Below, piece by piece: positions 1-7,694 of a stretch of 32,000 nt of DNA. How positions within the stretch are numbered: the first letter of the stretch is position 1; each line of letters starts with the position of its first letter. Position numbers and translations under genes: made by a program. The DNA comes from Gemmatimonadota bacterium (GTDB lineage: Bacteria; Gemmatimonadota; Gemmatimonadetes; Gemmatimonadales; GWC2-71-9), in the NCBI GenBank assembly GCA_039589275.1, contig JBDHHP010000005.1, positions 4,269 to 36,268 of the forward strand, in the 5' to 3' direction. Under the pieces are notes generated by a model, which made no database searches, was not told where the DNA came from, and saw nothing but the letters and a program-made list of their open reading frames with translations.

Positions 1-2250
1 GGCTCCGGTACCTATCCGGGCTGCCAGGATCCAACGACGGTCGAGTGGTGGGGCAAGGACGCCAACGGCGATCCCGTCTTGAACGTTGGTATCCCCGAAG
101 AAGACATCACAGCGATCCCCGGAACCAATGATTTCCTCATCACCGACAACCCCCTGCGTCGTCATCCGGTGGCTCTCAGGACCGGTGACGCATTGGACCT
201 GAACCTTTCGGCCACGGGTGGCGGCAGGAGCTTCAGCTACTTCCTGTCCATGAACCGGAACGAGCAGGACGGTGTGTTCTTCAACAACTTCTCGCGTCGT
301 ACGGCGGGTCGGGCCAACTTCGACTTCAACGTCGCCGAGACGTTCGACATGGCCGTGCAGTTCAGCTACGCCCGCACGGCAGACCAACAGCCGCTGAACA
401 ACAACTCCTCAAACAGCATTCTGAGGAACGCGTTCCGCGGCCGGGCCCGCGCCTACAACGATCCTTGGGAGCCAGGTTTCCGCGGTTTCAATCCCTTCCT
501 GTCGAACCAGTACAATTCGGTTCGTCGTAAGGAGCGGATGACCATCGGACTCACCATGAACTGGGATCCGTGGCAGTGGTTCCAGAACAAGCTCACCTTG
601 GGCTTGGACAAGCAGGACTACCGTGAGACCACGTTCTACGAGATCGACACCACCGGCCGCGAGCCCTGGGGCACCAACAACTCCACTGGCGCAGTCTACC
701 ACGACCTACCGATAACGCACACGTGGACGATGGACTACGCCGCGTCGCTCGATTTCGATATCAATCCGACGTGGAGTTCCAAGTTCTCGGGCGGCATGCA
801 GTTGAACGCGCGGCAGCGCAAGTTCACCGGCTCCGACGGCTGGGGTCTGGTGGCGAACAACCTGAACCTGGTCAGTTCCGCAGCCAACGTGGATGCGGGC
901 GAGAGCTTCTCCGAGCAGACCTCGTTGGGCTTCTACGTGCAGGAAGAGGTGGGCTGGCGCAACCGCATGTTCATAACCGGCGCCGTCCGGATCGACGACA
1001 ACTCGGCCTTCGGGTCGGACTTCTCGTTGGTGGTCTACCCCAAGGCGTCGTTCTCTTGGGTGGTCTCGGAAGAGGACTTCTTCAATCTCGGCTGGATGCA
1101 GCAGTTGAAGCTGCGGGCGGCTTGGGGCCAGGCCGGTAACGCACCGGCGCCGTTCTCAGCCGACCGTACATACCAGACTGGTGTCACCACGATCGGTGAC
1201 GCGAGCACAAACTTCCTGCGCCCGTCGGAATACGGCAACCCCGACCTCCAGGCCGAGACCGGTCGCGAGTTCGAGCTTGGATTCGACGCCTCGTTGCTGG
1301 ACGGTAAGGCCGGCCTCGAGTTCACCTACTACGATCAGAAGACCAACGACGCTTTGGTAGAGGTACCCGACCCGAGATCAACCGGGTTCCTCGGGGACCA
1401 CCTGATCAACATCGGTGAGATCACGAACACTGGCTTGGAGTTGCTCGTGACCGGCACCCCGGTCTACAGCCGCAACTTCGCCTGGGACGTGAGCGTTTCG
1501 CTCTCGACCAACAAGAACCGTCTCAAGTCGTTCAACGGCGCGCGCGAAGAGGTGATCTTTGGCTCCTTCGACGACGTGCAGCGGCATCGTGAAGGATACC
1601 CGTTGGGTGCATTCTGGGCCTACGACGTGGAGCGCGGTGCTGACGGCGAGCCAGTTTTGGATGCCGGTGGCGATGTGACGGTGAACCGTGCCTGCCGCTG
1701 GGCTCCGAGCGATCCTGCTTGGGACCAGGCCACGGAGTGCGACGACATTTACATAGGTCCGTCGATCCCGACACGTGAGTCTGCGGTGACCAACACGTTC
1801 ACCGTGTTTGGCAACTTGAGAATCTTTGCCCACTTCGATTACAGGGGTGGACACTATCAGTGGTGCGCCATTTGCTCGATCCGCAGCCGGGTCGACCGCA
1901 ACACTTGGGACGTGAACACCGGTGGCACTGAGCTGAACCCCGACGTCTCCGACGCCGAGGTGCTGGCGCTCAGGGCTCGCCAGACCCTTACCCACATCAC
2001 CCAGGCCGACTTCATCAAGTTCCGCGAGCTGTCACTCACGTATTCGATCCCGCAGAGCTGGGGCTCGATCTTCGCGTCAAGCCGTTGGAGCTTCACAGTG
2101 TCGGGCCGTAACCTCTGGATGTGGACCAAGTACGAGGGCACGGGTGATCCTGAGGTGCAGTTCAATCCTTACTCCACATTCACCCGACTCGACTACGCGT
2201 CGATGCCGCAGTTGCGCAGGCTCTCGGCGTCGGCTCGGGTCAGCTTCTAA
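1..2250 (+). CDS. SusC/RagA-like TonB-dependent outer-membrane receptor, C-terminal beta-barrel part (5' end outside window)
   Basis: Frame 1 has no stop from nt 1 to the ORF-track TTG at 79, so the CDS enters the window truncated. Composition is N/S/T/G/aromatic-rich with alternating beta-strand character and barrel-type stretches (LKLRAAWGQAGN, GLEFTYYDQKTNDALV). It ends in an aromatic residue (...ARVSF), typical of an OMP beta-signal. A SusD-like lipoprotein starts 14 nt downstream. Confidence 0.8.
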   Translation, partial: GSGTYPGCQDPTTVEWWGKDANGDPVLNVGIPEEDITAIPGTNDFLITDNPLRRHPVALRTGDALDLNLSATGGGRSFSYFLSMNRNEQDGVFFNNFSRRTAGRANFDFNVAETFDMAVQFSYARTADQQPLNNNSSNSILRNAFRGRARAYNDPWEPGFRGFNPFLSNQYNSVRRKERMTIGLTMNWDPWQWFQNKLTLGLDKQDYRETTFYEIDTTGREPWGTNNSTGAVYHDLPITHTWTMDYAASLDFDINPTWSSKFSGGMQLNARQRKFTGSDGWGLVANNLNLVSSAANVDAGESFSEQTSLGFYVQEEVGWRNRMFITGAVRIDDNSAFGSDFSLVVYPKASFSWVVSEEDFFNLGWMQQLKLRAAWGQAGNAPAPFSADRTYQTGVTTIGDASTNFLRPSEYGNPDLQAETGREFELGFDASLLDGKAGLEFTYYDQKTNDALVEVPDPRSTGFLGDHLINIGEITNTGLELLVTGTPVYSRNFAWDVSVSLSTNKNRLKSFNGAREEVIFGSFDDVQRHREGYPLGAFWAYDVERGADGEPVLDAGGDVTVNRACRWAPSDPAWDQATECDDIYIGPSIPTRESAVTNTFTVFGNLRIFAHFDYRGGHYQWCAICSIRSRVDRNTWDVNTGGTELNPDVSDAEVLALRARQTLTHITQADFIKFRELSLTYSIPQSWGSIFASSRWSFTVSGRNLWMWTKYEGTGDPEVQFNPYSTFTRLDYASMPQLRRLSASARVSF

Positions 2251-2264
2251 GGGAGGGCGAAATC

Positions 2265-3758
2265 ATGAGACGGAAATACACTCGATGGGTAGGGATGTTA
2301 GCGATGAGTGCCGTCCTTGCCCTCTCAACGGCATGCGACATCGCCGACGAGTTGCTGCAGGTCGATAACCCCGAGCAGATTCAGGTTGAGCTGCTCGACG
2401 ACGTGGCACTGCTGGACGTGCAGGTACAGGGCGTAATCGGCAACATGGTCGACATGATGGACACCCCGATCATCGAGTACGCCACGTACATCTCGGACGA
2501 GGTGCTGACCGGACTCAACTGGGAGGACTATGCCCGGGTGAGCCAGCGTATCGTGCTCTACCTGGAGGGGCCGGTTGATGACATCTTCGGGGAGCCGAGC
2601 CGGGCGCTGCGTCAGGCGCACGATTTGGCCGAGCGCATCCGGGTGTGGCAGGGTGAGTTCCCCGACGAGAACTACGACGACGAGCTAGCGCTCGTGCTGG
2701 TCCATGCAGGTTATGCCGCGGTCGTGATGGCCGAGCACATGTGCCAGACGGTCATCTCGCTCGTTCCCGACGAGCCCAGCGATCAGATCCTGTCGCAGGC
2801 GCAGACGTTCCAGGCAGCCATACCGTACTTGCAGGAAGGCCTGAGCCTAGCCACCGCTGAGGGTGAAGATGATCTGGCCGATCTCGCCCGCACCGGTCTG
2901 GCCCGCGCGTATCTGGGCCAGGGTAGCTGGGCCGATGCGGCAACATACGCGGGCGCGGTGACTGCTGGTTTCGAGTGGTGGCTGGAGTACTCCGATGCGA
3001 ACAACTCGGAATACAACGGTCTGCAGAACACCAGCCATGGCTCGAACTTCACGCTGGGTATCAATCCGTTCTTCACTGGCGTGCACCCCAGCTTCGACGG
3101 CACGGGCTTCGCGTTTGAGGACAACGACGTGATCGACGCCCAGACCGACCCGCGGATCCAGCACATGCCGACCGATCGGACGGGGCACAACCGTCTGACC
3201 CGGCTGTACAAGCTGTTCCAGGGACTGCGCTACAGTGAGTACAACGGTGAGACGATTGCTCCGGCGTCCGCGGCGTGCCCGGCTTGCACGGGCACCGACG
3301 AGGACGACATGGAACTCATCGCCGAGTACTACACCGACATTCTGTTGGCGGACTACACCGAGGCACAGCATCACTACTTTGAGGCTCTTGCCATGCAGGG
3401 TGGGAACGAGGCCGAGGTACTGGCTTTCGTGAACACTCGGCGTGCCGTGGGCAACCAGGCCTCCGTCACGCTTTCGGGTCAGGACCTGATCGACGAGCTG
3501 AGGAGACAGCGGGGCAAGGACCTGTTCATGGGCGGTTTCCGCGTGGGTGACCTGCGCCGCTGGAGCATCTTCGATGCCGGCAACGGTCCCTTCGCCGGGG
3601 GCAGTTACTTCCCGGTGGGAACGCACCCCAACGCACAGTGGGGTGAGTACGGCCCGTGGACCTGTTACCCACTTCCGCTCGAAGAGTACGAGGGTAACCC
3701 GAACTTGGTGGGCCAGAAGCCCGCGGATCCGTCGGTGCCGCCGGCAGGCGTCATCTAA
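2265..3758 (+). CDS. SusD/RagB-family nutrient-binding outer-membrane lipoprotein
   Basis: Signal peptide ending in a lipobox-like LSTAC. Size is about 500 aa and it sits immediately 3' of the SusC-like barrel. The C-terminal motif ELRRQRGKDLFMGGFRVGDLRRW matches the E..RRE...EG.R..DL.RW signature of the SusD/RagB family. Confidence 0.8.
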   Translation: MRRKYTRWVGMLAMSAVLALSTACDIADELLQVDNPEQIQVELLDDVALLDVQVQGVIGNMVDMMDTPIIEYATYISDEVLTGLNWEDYARVSQRIVLYLEGPVDDIFGEPSRALRQAHDLAERIRVWQGEFPDENYDDELALVLVHAGYAAVVMAEHMCQTVISLVPDEPSDQILSQAQTFQAAIPYLQEGLSLATAEGEDDLADLARTGLARAYLGQGSWADAATYAGAVTAGFEWWLEYSDANNSEYNGLQNTSHGSNFTLGINPFFTGVHPSFDGTGFAFEDNDVIDAQTDPRIQHMPTDRTGHNRLTRLYKLFQGLRYSEYNGETIAPASAACPACTGTDEDDMELIAEYYTDILLADYTEAQHHYFEALAMQGGNEAEVLAFVNTRRAVGNQASVTLSGQDLIDELRRQRGKDLFMGGFRVGDLRRWSIFDAGNGPFAGGSYFPVGTHPNAQWGEYGPWTCYPLPLEEYEGNPNLVGQKPADPSVPPAGVI

Positions 3759-3768
3759 GATGGAACTT

Positions 3769-3802
3769 GGTGCACCGCCGCTGTAACCAGCGGCGGCGCA
3801 CC
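3769..3802 (+). terminator. GC-rich hairpin directly after the SusD-like stop codon (no U-tail)
   Basis: GGTGCACCGCCGCTG-TAAC-CAGCGGCGGCGCACC forms 14 of 15 possible base pairs with one A.C mismatch and a 4-nt loop. It starts 11 nt after the TAA at 3756..3758. There is no T-run after it, so it may be an mRNA-stabilising or attenuating hairpin rather than an intrinsic terminator. Confidence 0.4.
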
Positions 3803-3827
3803 ACAGCAGTAACGGTGGGAGTTACGG

Positions 3828-3869
3828 AAGGTGGGAAGTGAAGGATGTGCTTCCCACCTTTCTGTTTGT
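3828..3869 (+). terminator. Rho-independent-like terminator
   Basis: A perfect 11-bp stem, AAGGTGGGAAG (3828..3838) paired with CTTCCCACCTT (3850..3860), encloses an 11-nt loop. It is followed by the T-rich sequence TCTGTTTGT. Confidence 0.55.
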
Positions 3870-3870
3870 C

Positions 3871-3931
3871 AGCTATCAGCTATCGGCTGTCCGCTGTCCG
3901 CTGTCCGCTGTCCGCTGTCCGCTGTCCGCTG
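3871..3931. repeat. Heptanucleotide tandem repeat: 2x AGCTATC, then 6 full copies plus a partial copy of GCTGTCC
   Basis: Read directly from the sequence. AGCTATC occurs at 3871 and 3878. GCTGTCC units start at 3886, 3893, 3900, 3907, 3914 and 3921, followed by a partial GCTG. The tract is intergenic and keeps a strict 7-nt register. Confidence 0.95.
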
Positions 3932-4138
3932 GGATCATAGGCATGTCTCACGTGTAGTGACCGAGCGAGCCGCTCGCGCTCGCGTTTCACAACAGCTGTA
4001 CTGAGTAGGTTCTCGCGGAAGCCACTCGCACCGCGCCGAAGAGCAGCTTATTGTTTTCTCACTCGGCTCGCGAGTGTGCGGGTGTGAAGGGGTAATGGGA
4101 CCAGTTGCCACCTGAAGGCCGCCGGTATCGATGCAAGG

Positions 4139-5020
4139 ATGAGGCTCAGACTGGGGTGTTTGACGCTAATGCTCGCCGCCATGAGCGCCGAGCCCGCCGC
4201 CGCACAACGGCTGCGCGGACGGCTCATGGACTTGCAGACAAACGAGCCCATCTCGTCCGGTGTCCTGACACTTCTCACAGAGGATCGGTCCCGAGTGACA
4301 ACTACGGTGAGCGACGACAGCGGGTCCTGGACTCTCAATGCGCCGGGCCCAGGCACGTACCTTGTTGAAGCCAAGCGCCTGGGTTACCAGCCCTGGATCG
4401 ATGGGCCAATTGAGATCCGCGCGACGGACGACTGGCAATCAGTCTATCATCTCAATCCGTTGGCTGTCTCTCTCGACCCGGTCGAAATCCGCGGCGAACT
4501 GACGCAACGGTATCTCAACTTCGTGGGTTTCTTCGAACGACAGAAGTCCGATTTTGGGCACTTTATCACCCGCGACGACATCGAAAGGCGGCGCGGCAAC
4601 AGGATCACGGACCTTCTGGCAACGGTCCCGGGCGTTCGTATGGTGCCGACCGGTGACCAGTTCGGGCGCCTATCCCTGCAGTTGCGCGGTGGCAGCCTGG
4701 CTCGCGGTGGACTGTGTAGTCCGCGCATATTCGTGGACGGCCTCATCTTCAGCCGGGGCGACTCCCGGCAGATCGGAGCCGATGACTGGGGCAATCCCGA
4801 ACCCCTGTTCGAGGAATCCCCCGAGGAGTCCGTCGAGGATTGGGACCTCGGTATCGACGCCATTGCCCATCCGTCGAGCATCGCTGCCATAGAGATCTAC
4901 CGCAGCGGTGCCCAGATCCCCGTTAAGTTCGGTGGCACCAGTATCCAGACCCAGTGCGGAGTGATCCTGATCTGGACTCGCGTTGGGCAGATAAGGCAGC
5001 AGAAAGAGGGTGGCAGGTAG
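4139..5020 (+). CDS. Secreted CarboxypepD_reg-like domain plus TonB-dependent-receptor Plug-like domain protein with no barrel
   Basis: Signal peptide MRLRLGCLTLMLAAMSAEPAAAQ. The N-terminal region has a carboxypeptidase-regulatory-like beta-sandwich pattern (LRGRLMDLQTNEPISSGVLTLL...DDSGSWTLNAPGPGTYLVEAKRLGYQPW). It is followed by Plug-like motifs (ITDLLATVPGVRM, RIFVDGL, IAAIEIYRSGAQIPVKFGG, CGVILIWTR). The protein stops after about 293 aa with no 22-strand barrel. Confidence 0.6.
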   Translation: MRLRLGCLTLMLAAMSAEPAAAQRLRGRLMDLQTNEPISSGVLTLLTEDRSRVTTTVSDDSGSWTLNAPGPGTYLVEAKRLGYQPWIDGPIEIRATDDWQSVYHLNPLAVSLDPVEIRGELTQRYLNFVGFFERQKSDFGHFITRDDIERRRGNRITDLLATVPGVRMVPTGDQFGRLSLQLRGGSLARGGLCSPRIFVDGLIFSRGDSRQIGADDWGNPEPLFEESPEESVEDWDLGIDAIAHPSSIAAIEIYRSGAQIPVKFGGTSIQTQCGVILIWTRVGQIRQQKEGGR

Positions 5021-5038
5021 TCCCCAACGGAGTTACGG

Positions 5039-5959
5039 ATGCTGAACAGGATTGATGTGAGACTCAATCTGGCGCGCTTACTGCGCATCGCTGCAATCGG
5101 GCTAGTCGCCTTGGTTCTTATGGCGCCCGGAGGGGCGCGTATTGCGGCTCAGTCCGCATACAAGACGGCGAATTCCCACACGTCGATCATACCTCGCAAG
5201 TATGGGTTCTTTAGCGCGGACTTTGCCGAGGCCGGTCTGGGACTCACGTTCGTCGGGGAATGGGGTACCTGGTGCTTCGCACCAGGCGTGGAGGTGGGTG
5301 GACGTGTCTATTACGCGTTCGGCCAGACCGGGGCCCGCTACGAAGCCGTCTACCTGACGTTCGGCTACCGCGCCAAACAGCTGAGATTGGCGGAGCTGGA
5401 TCCCGCGACTACGGTGCTCCGATTCGATGAGCGCTATCAGCAAGACGTGCTGGGCTCCGTTGGCTTCAACCACGTGTTCGGAGCGGGGACCGCTATCGGC
5501 ATTCGAGGAGACGCTTGGCGGGAATTGGGGTCACCCGGTTTCAATCAGCCGAGCGAAGTCTGCGTGCCCGGGACGTTCCCGGGGAGTGGCGTCGTGTACA
5601 CCGCCTGCAGCAACCGTTACGTGAGGAACACGTTCGAGTCCCTACCCGATCTATGGGGCGGTCAGGTGCGCATGGATGTGACGTTGGCGGTGGCGGAGAT
5701 CGGTTTCTCGAACACGCGACCGACCGTGGCGCTGGTTGCGGGCGGATCGGCCGATTTCTTGGAGAGTGCCAACGCCATGGTGAGCCTCGGGGTCGGCGTC
5801 GCAATAATGCCGGCCTCATATCCTGGTCAGTCGATCGTCACTGTTCTGGCGGGCCTGAACGACGCGTTCGATGCCAACGGCGTGGCTCCCAGCTTCAACG
5901 ACCGTTTCGTAGTGTCTCTGGCGCTCGGAATCCCGTTTCCGACAGTGCTGAGACGGTAA
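5039..5959 (+). CDS. Hypothetical exported protein, probable small outer-membrane beta-barrel
   Basis: Signal peptide (...LVALVLMAPGGARIAAQS). About 10-12 amphipathic alternating stretches are present (GLGLTFVGEWG, VEVGGRVYYAFG, YEAVYLTFGYRA, VRMDVTLAVAEIGFS, AMVSLGVGVAIM, RFVVSLALGIPF). I recognise no family. It starts 18 nt after the plug-only gene. Confidence 0.5.
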   Translation: MLNRIDVRLNLARLLRIAAIGLVALVLMAPGGARIAAQSAYKTANSHTSIIPRKYGFFSADFAEAGLGLTFVGEWGTWCFAPGVEVGGRVYYAFGQTGARYEAVYLTFGYRAKQLRLAELDPATTVLRFDERYQQDVLGSVGFNHVFGAGTAIGIRGDAWRELGSPGFNQPSEVCVPGTFPGSGVVYTACSNRYVRNTFESLPDLWGGQVRMDVTLAVAEIGFSNTRPTVALVAGGSADFLESANAMVSLGVGVAIMPASYPGQSIVTVLAGLNDAFDANGVAPSFNDRFVVSLALGIPFPTVLRR

Positions 5960-6018
5960 GCCCTTATACCCCCACCCCTTCACCATCACCCCACCTGAGA
6001 CTAGCTTTTTAGGCTGTC

Positions 6019-6972
6019 ATGGCCGACATATCGCTTTCTTCGAGCAAGATGCTCCTGATGTCAGGGACGGCTAATGAGCCGCTCGCTCAGGAGATAGCTG
6101 ATCACCTAGGGCAGCCGCTGTGCCAGGTGACGATACGGCGGTTCGCCGACGGGGAGATTTTCGTCAAGATCGACGAGAACGTGCGCGGGCAGGACGTATT
6201 CATCATCCAACCCACTTGCCCGCCGGCGGAAAACATCGTCGAGCTGCTGATCCTGATCGATGCCGCTTCGAGGGCGAGTGCCGCCAGGGTGAGCGCTGTG
6301 GTGCCCTACTACGGGTACGGCCGCCAGGACCGTAAGGACCAGCCGCGGGTGGCTATCAGCGCTAAGCTGATGGCCAACCTGATAACGACAGCGGGCGCGG
6401 ACCGGGTACTGGCGATGGACTTTCACCAGCACCAGTTGCAGGGCTTCTTCGATATCCCGGTGGATCACCTGTATGCCGCACCGGTGCTCGTGCAGCACTA
6501 CCGGCAGAAACGGCTGCACAAACCGGTGATCGTAGCGCCTGATGTGGGTGGCGCCAAGATGGCTCGCGGCTTCGCCAAGCGACTGGATGCGTCGTTGGCA
6601 ATCATCGACAAGCGTCGTCCGTCGGCAAACATCGCCGAGGTGGTGAACGTGGTGGGTGAGGTGGAGGGACGGGACTGCCTTATTGTGGACGACTTGATCG
6701 ACACAGCGGGCACCATGTCCGAGGCGGCACACGCTCTCAAGCGGCTCGGAGCGCGCAAGGTATACGGCTGCGCGACACACGCGCTCCTATCCGGGCCAGC
6801 CGTCGACCGACTGAGCTCCTGTCCGGCGGAAGAGGTCGCCGTCACCAACACGCGGTTGGTGCAGGAGGAGCTGCGGTTTGACAGATTGAAAATACTATCG
6901 ATCGCTCAGTTGCTGGCACAGGCGATCAGATTCACTCACAGCGATCAGTCCGTCAGCTCGTTGTTCCACTGA
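6019..6972 (+). CDS. prs: Ribose-phosphate pyrophosphokinase
   Basis: Full-length match to Prs hallmarks: FADGEIFVKIDENVRGQDVFIIQ, VVPYYGYGRQDRK, DFHQHQLQGFFDIPVDHL, and the PRPP loop LIVDDLIDTAGT. The start could instead be the internal Met at 6049. Confidence 0.95.
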   Translation: MADISLSSSKMLLMSGTANEPLAQEIADHLGQPLCQVTIRRFADGEIFVKIDENVRGQDVFIIQPTCPPAENIVELLILIDAASRASAARVSAVVPYYGYGRQDRKDQPRVAISAKLMANLITTAGADRVLAMDFHQHQLQGFFDIPVDHLYAAPVLVQHYRQKRLHKPVIVAPDVGGAKMARGFAKRLDASLAIIDKRRPSANIAEVVNVVGEVEGRDCLIVDDLIDTAGTMSEAAHALKRLGARKVYGCATHALLSGPAVDRLSSCPAEEVAVTNTRLVQEELRFDRLKILSIAQLLAQAIRFTHSDQSVSSLFH

Positions 6973-6998
6973 TCGCTGGCAATATCGAGAAGAAGAAT

Positions 6999-7691
6999 AT
7001 GGCCGAGTCAATCACGCTCAAAGCAGAGCGACGTTCCGACAGTGGTACCGGGGCTGCTCGTCAGTTGCGCCGTGACGGAGGTGTACCCGCCGTTATCTAT
7101 GGACACGGACGGGAACCGGAATCGCTGACGCTGTCGAAAGCCGAGTTGGACAAAGCGCTGTCCGGGGTCGCGGGCGCAACGGTGCTAGAGATCAAGGTGG
7201 GCAGCAAGAAGCTCAGGGCACTCATTCGCGAGGTCCAGCGCCACCCGACTCGCCTCGACATAATCCACGTGGACTTTCTCGAGGTGCACGCAGGTGAGAA
7301 GCTCACGGTGAAGTCACCCATTCGGTTGGTCGGCTCGCCAGAGGGCGTGCGCAACCAAGGCGGAGTGCTCGACCAGATACTGCGGGAACTGGAGATCAGA
7401 GTCCTACCGAAGGATATGCCTGAATTCATCGAGCTAGATGTCACCGACCTGACGGTCGGTCACTCGATCCACGTGCGCGACGTCAGCGTTGCCAATGCGG
7501 AGATCCTGGACGATCCTGCAATGACGGTGTGCACGGTCGTACCGCCGCGAGTCGAGGTGGAGCCGGTCGCTGTGGTTGAAGAGGAAGAGGAAGAACTGCT
7601 TGAGCCCGAGCTCATCCGTAAGGCGAAGGCCGAGGAAGAGGCCGAAGAGTCGACCGCGGGTGGGGGCGAGAGCGCGGAACAGAAGGAATAG
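6999..7691 (+). CDS. rplY: 50S ribosomal protein L25, general stress protein Ctc form
   Basis: N-terminal L25 motif (LKAERRSDSGTGAARQLRRDGGVPAVIYGHG), a Ctc-type second domain and an acidic C-terminal tail. The prs-ctc-pth order is conserved in many bacteria. Confidence 0.9.
   Translation: MAESITLKAERRSDSGTGAARQLRRDGGVPAVIYGHGREPESLTLSKAELDKALSGVAGATVLEIKVGSKKLRALIREVQRHPTRLDIIHVDFLEVHAGEKLTVKSPIRLVGSPEGVRNQGGVLDQILRELEIRVLPKDMPEFIELDVTDLTVGHSIHVRDVSVANAEILDDPAMTVCTVVPPRVEVEPVAVVEEEEEELLEPELIRKAKAEEEAEESTAGGGESAEQKE
7683..7687 (+). promoter_or_regulatory. Shine-Dalgarno-like AAGGA serving the proposed CTG start of pth
   Basis: AAGGA lies inside the last codons of the L25 gene, 7 nt upstream of the CTG at 7695. 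Confidence 0.4.
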
Positions 7692-7694
7692 GCG

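Noticed and set aside
3871-3931. Possible CRISPR array
   Set aside because: The repeat unit is only 7 nt and the copies are contiguous with no spacers. No cas genes are in the window. It is a microsatellite.
4048-4374. Minus-strand 108-aa and + strand 87-aa ORFs overlapping the start of the plug-only gene
   Set aside because: They overlap a CDS that has a signal peptide and domain motifs. They show no coding features of their own.
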